A stretch of DNA of 64,000 nt from an uncultured Gammaproteobacteria bacterium. GTDB lineage: Bacteria; Pseudomonadota; Gammaproteobacteria; JAURND01. The position numbers were made by a program, and so were the translations under genes. The stretch is from NCBI GenBank assembly GCA_963714975.1, contig CAVQQD010000003.1, positions 782,624 to 846,623 of the forward strand, in the 5' to 3' direction. The notes under the pieces are model-generated. The model was not told where the DNA came from. It saw only the letters and a list, made by a program, of their open reading frames with translations, and did no database searches. Shown piece after piece: positions 49,165 to 58,477 of the stretch (its first letter is position 1; every line of letters starts with the position of its first letter).

Positions 49165-50463
49165 TTATTCTTCAGATGAATCAGGCATTTGCCCAGGTTG
49201 GGGCGATGGACTTGAATGTAATGACCCCTTTGAGGAATCTGAATGCGTGGAGCCTGTGCTTGGAATTGGCGAATCTCGAGGTTCACTTCCTTCAGGTGGA
49301 TCCTCAAAGAAAGAAACTGATGATTTCCTTGAAGATGGGGGTGAGGGTAGCGTTTGATATGATGCTGAACTCACCTGCTGGTTATTTAACGACACTTCTT
49401 CTGCTGGAGCCAATGTCGCACTCAGGCTGCTATAAGTAGAATTTCTAGGGACTGCACCCGTAGGAACGGATGCATGTTCATGGGTAGCAGGTTTATTATC
49501 ATCAGTAAACCAATATATCCCTACCAAGAGAGAAGCCAGCCCGCCTACTGCCCCTCCACACCCCATTAAGATATAAGAAGCGATTGTTGGCACGCTGAGT
49601 ATATTGTTCAATAGCATGATGCCTGTTGCAGTTAAGATCCCATTAGCGAGTGCATTAATTAAAATACTAAATTGTTTGCCAGCTGGGGCTGTTCTATATG
49701 CCTTAGCAAAGAAAGCGGGATTTCCAAAGATTATGGGTAAGTATTTGCCGTAATAAATATAGGCTGAAGTTCCTCCTAAGCTGAGGGCAATTATCACGCT
49801 GGGTAAAAAAGCGAGATGAAAAGCGGTCATAAATCCCGCAGTTAAATAAGCACAAAATGATAAAACTGTCAGTACGGCGAGTAATGAACCCCATAAGCTA
49901 TTGCCTTTTTTATCTGCAAAGGTATTTTCTTTGGAGTTATCAGTTTTATTTTTCTCCTCGTATCCTTCTAAGAAAGTTTCCCACTCGGTTATAGCATTAA
50001 AAAGTGCGCCAGAAATTCCTGTCGCCAGAGCTACATAGAACCAGGCTTGGCTTGCTTCCATGGTCAATGAAAGCATATAGCCAGCACTGCTAATTAAGAT
50101 TGCATTGCCAAAAATAAGAGCAATTCCTAAAATAAATTTAAGTTTTTCTGTGTGGCTGTCTAATCCAGAAAAAATCGAAGCTTCTTTTCGAAATAAACGA
50201 TTTATAAAGTCATTAAATAATTTGACATTCATGTGGTGATTCACATAGCTGCTGCAAATACCAACCGCGCTACTGAAAAATGCCAAGCTCACTTCTTTAA
50301 TATTGCCCAAAGTTTTGAAAATAGAATAATTACTACCCAATACTTCTAAAGTAGCAATAAAATTTTGATAGCCGGTAACCAGTCCAGAGACAATCGAGGT
50401 TCCAAGGACACGCCAATTATAAGGTTCTTGAGGTTCTTGCTTAGAAATTTTCTGTTCGCCCAT
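49165..50463 (-). CDS. Multi-pass membrane protein with a Ser/Pro-rich acidic C-terminal tail (hypothetical, effector-like)
   Basis: The ORF track starts at a TTG (50478). The first ATG is at 50463 (MGEQKISKQ...). There are 8 or more hydrophobic helices. The tail is ..SPPSSRKSSVSFFEDPPEGSEPRDSPIPSTGS... Confidence 0.55.
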   Translation of the reverse strand: MGEQKISKQEPQEPYNWRVLGTSIVSGLVTGYQNFIATLEVLGSNYSIFKTLGNIKEVSLAFFSSAVGICSSYVNHHMNVKLFNDFINRLFRKEASIFSGLDSHTEKLKFILGIALIFGNAILISSAGYMLSLTMEASQAWFYVALATGISGALFNAITEWETFLEGYEEKNKTDNSKENTFADKKGNSLWGSLLAVLTVLSFCAYLTAGFMTAFHLAFLPSVIIALSLGGTSAYIYYGKYLPIIFGNPAFFAKAYRTAPAGKQFSILINALANGILTATGIMLLNNILSVPTIASYILMGCGGAVGGLASLLVGIYWFTDDNKPATHEHASVPTGAVPRNSTYSSLSATLAPAEEVSLNNQQVSSASYQTLPSPPSSRKSSVSFFEDPPEGSEPRDSPIPSTGSTHSDSSKGSLHSSPSPQPGQMPDSSEE

Positions 50464-50647
50464 ATGACACCATACCAATTATAAATTATGCTAATGCACG
50501 GAAAATACCAATCACGCCGAGTTAATTGCTTAGGTATGGCGTCACATTGAATACAATGCGATTTTAGAATTACTACATGAATTGTAATGATGAATGTTCA
50601 TAGTATCACCCCTGCCTTCAAATCAATTAATAAGGAGCGAAAAAAAA

Positions 50648-50675
50648 CCACTACGCTAAAGCTGTAGTGGTTTTT
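50648..50675. terminator. Bidirectional rho-independent terminator in a divergent intergenic region
   Basis: AAAAAAA-CCACTAC-GCTAAAGC-TGTAGTGG-TTTTT: an 8-bp stem flanked by an A-run and a T-run. No annotated gene ends here. Confidence 0.45.
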
Positions 50676-50929
50676 GATACGCTTTAGCCATATTTATAAA
50701 GCGCTTGCAAGCTGTAGCTCAAATTAGCGCTAATTTCCTAAGGCCTAATACTAACCCATAAGTTAGAAAAAAACAAGCATTATCAACACAATTTGGCAAG
50801 CTTGAGCGCCTAGGCCACAAGCCCAGTCCAAGCAATTGGCATGGAAGAATGCTGGGAAATGGCCTATAGTTACCAAAACGCACTGGGAACCAGCGGTTAT
50901 TTGCTGTTTTTGGCAAATCAGGGGGGTAA

Positions 50930-52159
50930 ATGAAGTTTATAGTGTTTTTTATTGGATTGAAGCAACTTGAAAATTATTCATTTAACCGAATCCAAGATAG
51001 AGAAAAATATCGTTTTGTTTGCATTATGTCAGAGAGCGATAGAAATCGTATGCCTGAAAATTATAGCGATTTATTCGATAAAATCTATAGCACACCAAGT
51101 CAAGAAAAATTACCGGATCTAGATTTGGAAGGAGTTATAGCAATTGTCAATCAAGAAATTCATGGAGCTACAGATTTGGAAAAAATATCTATCATTTGCC
51201 AAGATGAGACCCATGTTATGGTTGCTGCGCAATTAAGAACTTTATTTAACATTGGATCTGGCATAAGATTTAATGAAATCAAGCCCTTTAGAAATAAAAT
51301 GTTAATGAAGGAAATTTTAGCAAAATCGAACATCAGAGTCCCACGAAATTTCCCACTTAATCACACCAACGCTGATTTCAATAAAATAGTAGAAGTCTTG
51401 GGTCTGCCGTTTATTATGAAGCCTATAGATTCTTCTGGAAGTTTTGGCGTCAAAAAAATCCAGAATGCTGAAGAATTCACTAAGATGATCGAAGCAATTG
51501 ACAATTTAAATTTAGAATCCCATGAGGTGGAAGAATTTATTTCAGGAAAATTATTCCATTGGGATAGTGCAGCGAAAAATAAAAAATTGTTATTTATGGA
51601 GGGATCTTTATATAACCGTCCTCCCTTAGAATTTTTACAGGGAAATACCTTAGGAAGTATTCCACTGCTTCACGACGATCCTTTTCGCTCAAAGTTGGTA
51701 AAATTTGCTACTGAATCCCTGTTTGCTCTTGGTATGCCGGAAGGTCTCCAGCATATGGAAATTTTCCTGAATGACCAAGGTGACTACATATTTCTCGAGG
51801 TAGCTGCTAGAGCGCCTGGCTTCATTGCGTCTAAAGTTTATGCGAATACTTTTAATCAGAATCCACTAGACATTGATTTAAACATAGAGGCGGGAATAAA
51901 TTTTATAGAGACAGGGGATGTCTTAGGGCCATCATTTTGGGCAATTTTCCCCCTGGAGGATGGGGTAATTAAAGAATTAATTGAACCAGAACTGGAAAGT
52001 AATTATCAAATATCCTGGAGAGTCCAAGTGGGTCAAACGACACAAAAATCAAAATCTCTTTCGGACATAAGCGCTCTGGTTTTTGTTTCCAATCCAAATT
52101 ACGAGAAGTTAAAGAAAGATTTTCAAAAAATTTCAGTACATAAGGCAACTGTCTATTAA
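50930..52159 (+). CDS. ATP-grasp domain protein (carboxylate-amine ligase-like)
   Basis: The central block LGLPFIMKPIDSSGSFGVKKIQNAEEF...EEFISGKLFHWD fits the ATP-grasp fold. The start is uncertain; the alternative ATG at 51026 (MSESDRN) is possible. Confidence 0.6.
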   Translation: MKFIVFFIGLKQLENYSFNRIQDREKYRFVCIMSESDRNRMPENYSDLFDKIYSTPSQEKLPDLDLEGVIAIVNQEIHGATDLEKISIICQDETHVMVAAQLRTLFNIGSGIRFNEIKPFRNKMLMKEILAKSNIRVPRNFPLNHTNADFNKIVEVLGLPFIMKPIDSSGSFGVKKIQNAEEFTKMIEAIDNLNLESHEVEEFISGKLFHWDSAAKNKKLLFMEGSLYNRPPLEFLQGNTLGSIPLLHDDPFRSKLVKFATESLFALGMPEGLQHMEIFLNDQGDYIFLEVAARAPGFIASKVYANTFNQNPLDIDLNIEAGINFIETGDVLGPSFWAIFPLEDGVIKELIEPELESNYQISWRVQVGQTTQKSKSLSDISALVFVSNPNYEKLKKDFQKISVHKATVY

Positions 52160-52563
52160 GGTTTATTTTGGCTTTTTAAAAAATCAGGTGGAGGCCATCC
52201 TGTTTCAGAAAAATAATCAAAATAGTTTATGGTAATTTCTTCCCCTGGGTTAATATCTTTAATTGCCGTAGCGATAATTATTTTGTTTTTCTTTTGGCAA
52301 CGAGTATTTGGGTTTAAGCTATGATTTAAATAACGTGCGCCACCAATTTGAAAAATATTTAATTGGTTATATTTTCTATCATAAGCTCCGTAGAGGTCCT
52401 TTTTTTCAAACTCACCAGCTAGACTTTTATCAATTACAGCAGTGCCAAATACAAAGCCTGCAGGTATGAATTTTTTGCTGAATAAACCCATACCATGAGT
52501 CTTTGATTTTTTAACCTCCACCACTCCGTTGCTTAAAATAAACGAATTTTCTCTAAAACTCAT
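52156..52563 (-). CDS. Small SET-domain protein (putative protein-lysine methyltransferase)
   Basis: GMGLFSKKFIPAGFVFG, ARYLNHSLNPNTRC and ITINYF match SET motifs (GxG, NHS, post-SET-like Y). The ORF track starts at a TTG (52608). The first ATG, at 52563, gives MSFRENSF.... Confidence 0.7.
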   Translation of the reverse strand: MSFRENSFILSNGVVEVKKSKTHGMGLFSKKFIPAGFVFGTAVIDKSLAGEFEKKDLYGAYDRKYNQLNIFQIGGARYLNHSLNPNTRCQKKNKIIIATAIKDINPGEEITINYFDYFSETGWPPPDFLKSQNKP

Positions 52564-52598
52564 AATAATTACCTCATTATAAGTATAGTAGAATTCTT

Positions 52599-52748
52599 GT
52601 GAGCTCAAACTGAACTGAAGTCCCGCCGCCCGCCTACGGGGTCCTGCCGCGCGGACAACCCGCCGTGCTCGGCTACGAGCACGGCGGGTTGTCCGCGCGG
52701 CAGGACCCCGTAGGCGGGCGGCGGGACTTCAGTTCAGTTTGAGCTCAC
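52599..52748. repeat. Perfect 150-bp palindrome (73-bp arms, 4-nt GCTA centre), GC-rich
   Basis: Left arm 52599-52671 GTGAGCTCAAACTGAACTGAAGTCCCGCCGCCCGCCTACGGGGTCCTGCCGCGCGGACAACCCGCCGTGCTCG. Right arm 52676-52748 is its exact reverse complement. The arms are ~70% GC in a ~35-40% GC neighbourhood. Confidence 0.9.
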
Positions 52749-52970
52749 AAAATTTTTAATAAGAGATGAATATCCAGTCCGAGCCTGGTTGGCGGATAGA
52801 AATTGAGCCGTTAAGTGCTTCTTGAGTAGGGGAATAGAATGAACAAATTTGGTTGCCCACCTTGTCATAGGAGCTAGGCTGTAGACCTGGAGCGAGATCG
52901 ACGAAGTTTTTTTCCCATTCCCTGGGCTAATAAAGTAGCTGTTAACATATTGAGACTGACGCCTTCCTCT

Positions 52971-53174
52971 TTAGCTCGCATAGCTAGTGCTGTATGAAGA
53001 CTTTTCGGTAAGCGCAATCGCCATTGACCACTCTTTTGTCCTAAAAGTTACATGACTAGTTCCAGGCTGTCGGTGTTCTAAGCCATATCTATTTGCTATT
53101 GTTTTGATATTTTCTATATTCGAGTCTCGAGGATTATTACGCATCTTTTCTAGTATTTTTTCAGTTTTGCTCAT
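52971..53174 (-). CDS. HicA-like toxin-family small protein, possibly degraded
   Basis: IKTIANRYGLEHRQPGTSHVTFRTKE parallels the HicA pattern L..lG....nGSHh.lr. A different frame just downstream, at about 52850-52960 (boundaries approximate), encodes MRAKEEGVSLNMLTATLL, which resembles antitoxin RHH C-termini. Confidence 0.3.
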   Translation of the reverse strand: MSKTEKILEKMRNNPRDSNIENIKTIANRYGLEHRQPGTSHVTFRTKEWSMAIALTEKSSYSTSYAS

Positions 53175-53226
53175 GTAGGAAGGATACCAAATATGGAGCC
53201 AAATTCAAGCATCTGGGCTTTTTTTG

Positions 53227-53742
53227 TTAACTTGCCATTTTTAGTGCTGAGTTTTCATCCTCTTTTATCGAATGGTAAACTTTATCTATTTGATCATAAC
53301 CGCCTAGGAGGCCTCCCAACATTATAGTGGCTGTGAAACACACGCTAGCGATTAAAGTAGCACTATCTGGATAACCTAATTGATTTCCTAGCATAGCAAT
53401 TTGTTGATAAGTGCCCACAGCGCCGGCGCCAATGACAAATAAAAAGCTAGGTATAGTAATCGCTAAAAATAGTTTAGCCTTAAAATTATTACTTTGTTCG
53501 ACTTCTGGAGTTATCGCTGATGGCTTAAATGGAGTTTTTCTATTCTGTAATACAAACAAACTATAGAAGAAAACAGCGGCGCAATAAGTAGCAGCAATGC
53601 CGGTGAGAATAGCAAGCGCCAAACCTGAATTTGTGGGGAAGGTGAGGTAAACATAACCAATAGTCATTGCTAAGTTCACCCCAAGTCCAGCTACTGTTGT
53701 TGCGAAAGTTAGTTTGCCTCTTGCTTCTTGCGATATCGTCAT
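53227..53742 (-). CDS. Hypothetical membrane protein
   Basis: The ATG at 53742 (MTISQEARGKL) avoids overlap with the upstream lipoprotein gene. There are 4-5 hydrophobic helices. Confidence 0.45.
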   Translation of the reverse strand: MTISQEARGKLTFATTVAGLGVNLAMTIGYVYLTFPTNSGLALAILTGIAATYCAAVFFYSLFVLQNRKTPFKPSAITPEVEQSNNFKAKLFLAITIPSFLFVIGAGAVGTYQQIAMLGNQLGYPDSATLIASVCFTATIMLGGLLGGYDQIDKVYHSIKEDENSALKMAS

Positions 53743-53773
53743 GTTTTTATTCTCATCAGTAAGTAACGCGAAC

Positions 53774-54184
53774 TTAAAAACTTGCGCATATATTTTCATC
53801 GACACGAAGCACTGATTCTTGCGCAAATGCATGCTTATAATCCGCGATAATCGCATTGATTGCCTCATTATCCTTCGCGGTACCGTTGTGGATGCTGATC
53901 AAGATCTTGCTGTTCTCTGAAATCGTTCGATTGGCATTTTTGCTTAACCAAAACCCGTTGGCGTCAAGGACGGTGAAACCTTCAGGAAAACGAGGTGTAA
54001 TTTTATGCGCGACAAAGGCCTGCCACTCGCGCGCACTGACTTCACCATTGGATTTGCTCAAGCCGAAGTAAAGCTGGGTTTCTATGGCTGTCTTGCCGTC
54101 AGCAAGACAGTGTGGCTGATTGGGCACGCTGCAAGCGCTAAGCACCAATGCGAGGCCCATTGCAATAACCATTCTCATAATCAC
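53774..54184 (-). CDS. Lipoprotein of the DUF3574 family
   Basis: Lipoprotein signal MRMVIAMGLALVLSAC, then ..QLYFGLS..G.VS..EWQAFV...ITPRFPEGFTVLDANGFW typical of DUF3574. Confidence 0.55.
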   Translation of the reverse strand: MIMRMVIAMGLALVLSACSVPNQPHCLADGKTAIETQLYFGLSKSNGEVSAREWQAFVAHKITPRFPEGFTVLDANGFWLSKNANRTISENSKILISIHNGTAKDNEAINAIIADYKHAFAQESVLRVDENICASF

Positions 54185-54238
54185 ATCATCTTATAGCTAA
54201 TTTGGGTAATGCTAACAATTTTTGTGCTAAAATACCAC

Positions 54239-57200
54239 ATGAATTTACATCCCTTAGTCCAAGATTGGTTTTCTAGTCACTTGGGTTCGCCTACTGAGCC
54301 GCAACAACAAGGCTGGCCCGCCATAGCGGCTGGAAAATCGGTATTAATTTCTGCACCCACGGGTTCTGGAAAAACCTTAGCGGCCTTCTTAATTTGCATC
54401 GATCGTTTAGTGCGCAAAGCGCTGGTCGATGAATTGACTGACTCTACCGAAGTGCTCTATGTTTCGCCACTAAAAGCGCTCAGTAATGATATCGAGAAAA
54501 ATCTTGCCCGACCTTTAGCTGAAATTGCTGTTTTAGCCGAACAACGTGGCTTAAAAATGGCAGAAATCCGTGTTGCGCTACGCACTGGCGATACCTCCAC
54601 GCGTGATCGTCTAGCGATGTTACGAAAAGCACCGCATATTTTGGTGACAACTCCCGAATCATTGTATCTGTTACTTACTGCCGAAAAAAGTCGCGCTTTG
54701 CTAACTCGAATTAAGACGGTGATTGTCGACGAAATCCATGCGTTAGTAAATGATAAACGTGGCACGCATTTAGCTTTGTCGCTAGAGCGTTTAGCAGCTA
54801 TCACCGCAGAACCCCCAGTGCGGATTGGTTTATCCGCGACGCAAAAACCTCTCGATTTAGTGGCGCGTTTTTTAGTGGGAACTTACCGCCCACAGCCGGT
54901 CATTGTTGATATTGGTTATGCTCGTCAATTAGATTTGGCAATCGAAGTTCCGCGTTCTCCGTTAGGTCCCATTACTTCGAATGCGATTTGGGATGAACTA
55001 TACGATCGCATTGCGGAATTGGCCAGACAAAATCGTTCGACCCTTATTTTTGTGAATACACGCCGCTTAGCCGAACGCATTGCGCATTGCTTGGCCGAGC
55101 GTTTAGGTGCAAATCAAGTGGCAGCTCATCACGGCAGTTTATCCCGCAAAATCCGTTTGACCGTGGAAAATAAATTAAAAAACGGCGAATTAACCGCCCT
55201 GGTTGCCACCGCCTCGTTGGAATTAGGTATTGATATTGGCACTGTAGATCTGGTATGCCAGATTGGGTCGCCACGGGCCATTGCTGTGGCTTTGCAGCGT
55301 ATTGGTCGTGCTGGACACTGGCATGGGGCAGTGGCTAAGGGCCGTATTTTTGCGACCACGCGTAATGAATTATTGGAATGCGCCGCCTTAGTTTATGCGA
55401 TTCGCGCTGGTGATTTAGATCAATTGCTGCTCCCGCAACAACCCACGGATATTTTAGCCCAGCAAATTGTCGCCACCTGTGCTACCGGTGAATGGACGGT
55501 GGAGGCATTATACACGTTAATAACCGGGGCTTATCCCTATGCCAATTTATCGCGAGAGCTGTTTTTTGCTGTTTTAACCATGCTGGCTGATGGCATTGCT
55601 GGATCGCGGGGACGCTATGGGGCTTATTTGCATTGGGATCGCGTCAACCAGATCATCCGTGCGCGTCGAGGGAGCCGCATGGTGGCTATTACTAGTGGTG
55701 GTGCTATTCCAGATAATGGCTTATTTCAGGTGATTGCCGAGCCTGAACATCTTTTGGTCGGGAGTTTAGACGAGGATTTTGCCATTGAAAGTAATCGTGG
55801 TGATATTTTTTTGCTTGGCAGTACTTCGTGGTGCGTTCAACAAATCCAAAGTACTAGTGGTAAAGTCCTGGTCGAGGATGCGCGTGGAATGCCTCCCAAT
55901 GTGCCGTTTTGGCGGGGAGAAGCGCCTGCGCGCACTAAAGAATTATCACTGCATGTCAGCCAGCTCCGACAAACTTTAAGTGACTTATTGGGGAATAATT
56001 CAGAATCGCCAGCAATAGCAGCCACAATTAATTGGTTGCATACCCATTGCCATTTGGATGCTCAGGCTGCAGAGCAACTGATTGAGTACCTATTGCAAGG
56101 CCGTGCTATTTTGGGAGCAGTGCCAACGCAGTCAATGATTATTGCCGAACGTTTTTTTGATGAAAGTGGTGGGATGCAGTTAATTATTCATGCGCCGTTT
56201 GGTGCGCGAATCAATAAAGCCTGGGGACTTGCACTCAGAAAACGGTTTTGTCGTTCATTTAATTTTGAATTACAGGCAGCGGCCACCGATGACGGGATTA
56301 ATATTTCATTAGCAGAGCAGCATAGTTTTCCCTTGGCAGATGTATTTGATTTTTTGCATCCGAACACGGTGCCAGAAGTGTTAACCCAAGCGGTTTTACC
56401 ACTGCCGTTATTTGCTACGCGGTGGCGTTGGGATGCGAGTCGCTCTTTAGCCTTGCCACGTTTTTTTAATGGCAAAAAAGTGCCGCCGCAAATTTTGCGT
56501 ATGCGCGCCGAAGATTTATTAGCAGCGGTTTTTCCTGAGGCAGTGGCCTGTCAAGATAATTTAGGTGGACGGGATATTGCCTTACCGGATCATCCTTTGG
56601 TCAATGAAGCGATGAAAGATGTATTGACCGAAGCTTTGGATTTAGCGGGTTTGATTCAGGTGTTGGCAAACATTAAAAGTGGGGAAATTCACACTAAGGC
56701 AGTGGATACGGCTTTTCCTTCGCCTTTTGCGCATGAAATTCTCAATGCTAATCCCTATGCATTTTTAGATGATGCGCCTTTGGAAGAACGCCGAGCGCGC
56801 GCCGTAGAAATGCGTCGTGTGTTACCAGCAGCAGCGCTGCAGGAAGTAGGGCGCTTAGATCCTGTGGCAATAATGGAAGTGCAACAGCAGGTCTGGCCGG
56901 ATATTCGCAATGCAGATGAGTTGCATGATAGTTTATTAACGTTAATCGCATGGCCTCATTCACCCGTCGTCCTGGCAGAATGTCAGGATCCAGACAGCAG
57001 GGATGCAAAAATTTCACTTCCTTGTGGACTGGGTTTTGGCTTTCCTGCCGGAACGACAAGCTCTTTGGAGCTGCATTTTGTAGCATTAAAAAAAGCAGGT
57101 CGGGTAGCAACAGCTTTGCATCAAGGCAAGAGTTTTTACTTTGCGGTGGAAAAAGCACAAATTTTTGCTGAGATTTATCCGCAAGCGGAAATCCCCCCTA

Positions 57201-58375
57201 CCCCCCTTTGTCAAAGGGGGGATCATGAAATTCCCCCCTTTGGCAAAGGGGGGTTAGGGGGGATTTTAGACCTGTTGCGAGGATGGTTATTGCATCTAGG
57301 CCCTGTGACGGCTAGTGAATTAAGTTCAGCATTGGCGTTGGAATTAAGCGCAGTAGAGCAAGGATTGTTACAACTTGAAGCCAGTGGCTTTGTGTTACGT
57401 GGGCATTTTAAGCACCCAGCAGAAGAAGATGAAATAGAGTGGTGTGAACGCCGTTTATTAGCACGGATTCATCGCCAAACCATCAATCGCTTACGTCGAG
57501 CTATCGAACCCGTTACGCCAGAGAAATTTATGAGTTGGTTAGCCAATTGGCAACACCTAGCTGCCGGGACGCAATTAGCAGGATTGCAGGGATTGCGTGA
57601 GATAATTAGGCAATGTCAGGGGCTTGAGCTGCCAGCAAAGCTATGGGAGCGCGATATTTTTGCAAAACGAGTGCGTGACTACGATGCGGGGATGCTGGAT
57701 CGATTATGTTTGAGCGGAGAAGTTGCCTGGGGCCGCCTTTCTTGGCATTCTGGATTATTATCGGGAGAGGGGAGAATAATACCCAATCGTGCAATTCCAA
57801 TTACGTTTTTTATAAGAGAAGATTCTAGCTGGATACCGACGCGCGCGCATTTAGAAGAACGAAATTTAGAAGTTCTAAGCCATGTGGCAGGAAAAATTTA
57901 TCATTATCTCCAACAGCAAGGCGCGTGTTTTTTTGCTGATTTAGTACGCGGAGTGGGTTGTCTGCCAGCAGAAGCAGAACGAAGTTTATGGGAACTGATT
58001 GCAGCAGGATTAGTGACCGCTGATAGTTTTGATAATATGCGTGCCTTAATTGATCCGCGGCGTCGTTTGGGGCGTGGTAGACATCGTAGTGTTTTGCCGC
58101 GTTATAGTGGAGGACGTTGGGCCTTATTACCCATGTTTGCAGCGGACGATACTGCGCAACAATTAGAAGCGGTGGGTTGGTTATTGCTGCGGCGTTATGG
58201 GGTTATATTTCGTGATCTGTTAGCACAGGAATCTTTAATTCCACGTTGGCGTGAACTGCTTCCTATCTTTCGCAGCCTCGAAGATCGGGGAGAAATTCGC
58301 GGGGGACGTTTCGTGAGCGGCGTGGTCGGCGAACAGTTCGCCTTACCGCAAGCAGTTGAATCCTTACGTAGTTGA
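54239..58375 (+). CDS. lhr: Lhr-family large ATP-dependent helicase (DEAH box)
   Basis: Motif I APTGSGKTLAAF, DEAH as VIVDEIHAL, and motif VI QRIGRAGH, with the Lhr C-terminal extension. The first ATG is at 54239 (MNLHPLVQDWF); the ORF track starts at 54209. Confidence 0.85.
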   Translation: MNLHPLVQDWFSSHLGSPTEPQQQGWPAIAAGKSVLISAPTGSGKTLAAFLICIDRLVRKALVDELTDSTEVLYVSPLKALSNDIEKNLARPLAEIAVLAEQRGLKMAEIRVALRTGDTSTRDRLAMLRKAPHILVTTPESLYLLLTAEKSRALLTRIKTVIVDEIHALVNDKRGTHLALSLERLAAITAEPPVRIGLSATQKPLDLVARFLVGTYRPQPVIVDIGYARQLDLAIEVPRSPLGPITSNAIWDELYDRIAELARQNRSTLIFVNTRRLAERIAHCLAERLGANQVAAHHGSLSRKIRLTVENKLKNGELTALVATASLELGIDIGTVDLVCQIGSPRAIAVALQRIGRAGHWHGAVAKGRIFATTRNELLECAALVYAIRAGDLDQLLLPQQPTDILAQQIVATCATGEWTVEALYTLITGAYPYANLSRELFFAVLTMLADGIAGSRGRYGAYLHWDRVNQIIRARRGSRMVAITSGGAIPDNGLFQVIAEPEHLLVGSLDEDFAIESNRGDIFLLGSTSWCVQQIQSTSGKVLVEDARGMPPNVPFWRGEAPARTKELSLHVSQLRQTLSDLLGNNSESPAIAATINWLHTHCHLDAQAAEQLIEYLLQGRAILGAVPTQSMIIAERFFDESGGMQLIIHAPFGARINKAWGLALRKRFCRSFNFELQAAATDDGINISLAEQHSFPLADVFDFLHPNTVPEVLTQAVLPLPLFATRWRWDASRSLALPRFFNGKKVPPQILRMRAEDLLAAVFPEAVACQDNLGGRDIALPDHPLVNEAMKDVLTEALDLAGLIQVLANIKSGEIHTKAVDTAFPSPFAHEILNANPYAFLDDAPLEERRARAVEMRRVLPAAALQEVGRLDPVAIMEVQQQVWPDIRNADELHDSLLTLIAWPHSPVVLAECQDPDSRDAKISLPCGLGFGFPAGTTSSLELHFVALKKAGRVATALHQGKSFYFAVEKAQIFAEIYPQAEIPPTPLCQRGDHEIPPFGKGGLGGILDLLRGWLLHLGPVTASELSSALALELSAVEQGLLQLEASGFVLRGHFKHPAEEDEIEWCERRLLARIHRQTINRLRRAIEPVTPEKFMSWLANWQHLAAGTQLAGLQGLREIIRQCQGLELPAKLWERDIFAKRVRDYDAGMLDRLCLSGEVAWGRLSWHSGLLSGEGRIIPNRAIPITFFIREDSSWIPTRAHLEERNLEVLSHVAGKIYHYLQQQGACFFADLVRGVGCLPAEAERSLWELIAAGLVTADSFDNMRALIDPRRRLGRGRHRSVLPRYSGGRWALLPMFAADDTAQQLEAVGWLLLRRYGVIFRDLLAQESLIPRWRELLPIFRSLEDRGEIRGGRFVSGVVGEQFALPQAVESLRS
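57189..57268. repeat. Family-2 palindromic element inserted in-frame in lhr
   Basis: AAATCCCCCCTACCCCCCTTTGTCAAAGGGGGGATCATGAAATTCCCCCCTTTGGCAAAGGGGGGTTAGGGGGGATTTT. It is translated within the ORF as EIPPTPLCQRGDHEIPPFGKGGLGGILDL. Confidence 0.6.
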
Positions 58376-58477
58376 GGCCCATGTCTGAAACTCACCAGAT
58401 GTGTCATCCCGCGAAGCGTTGGCGACAGGCAAGGCATAGTATAGAATGGCAATTATTTTAAAAGAAGAAAGAAACTT

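Noticed and set aside
52760-52970. Possible hicB antitoxin downstream of the HicA-like ORF
   Set aside because: Only a short alternate-frame C-terminal-like peptide (MRAKEEGVSLNMLTATLL...) is present and there is no N-terminal domain. The locus looks degraded, so an intact TA pair cannot be supported.
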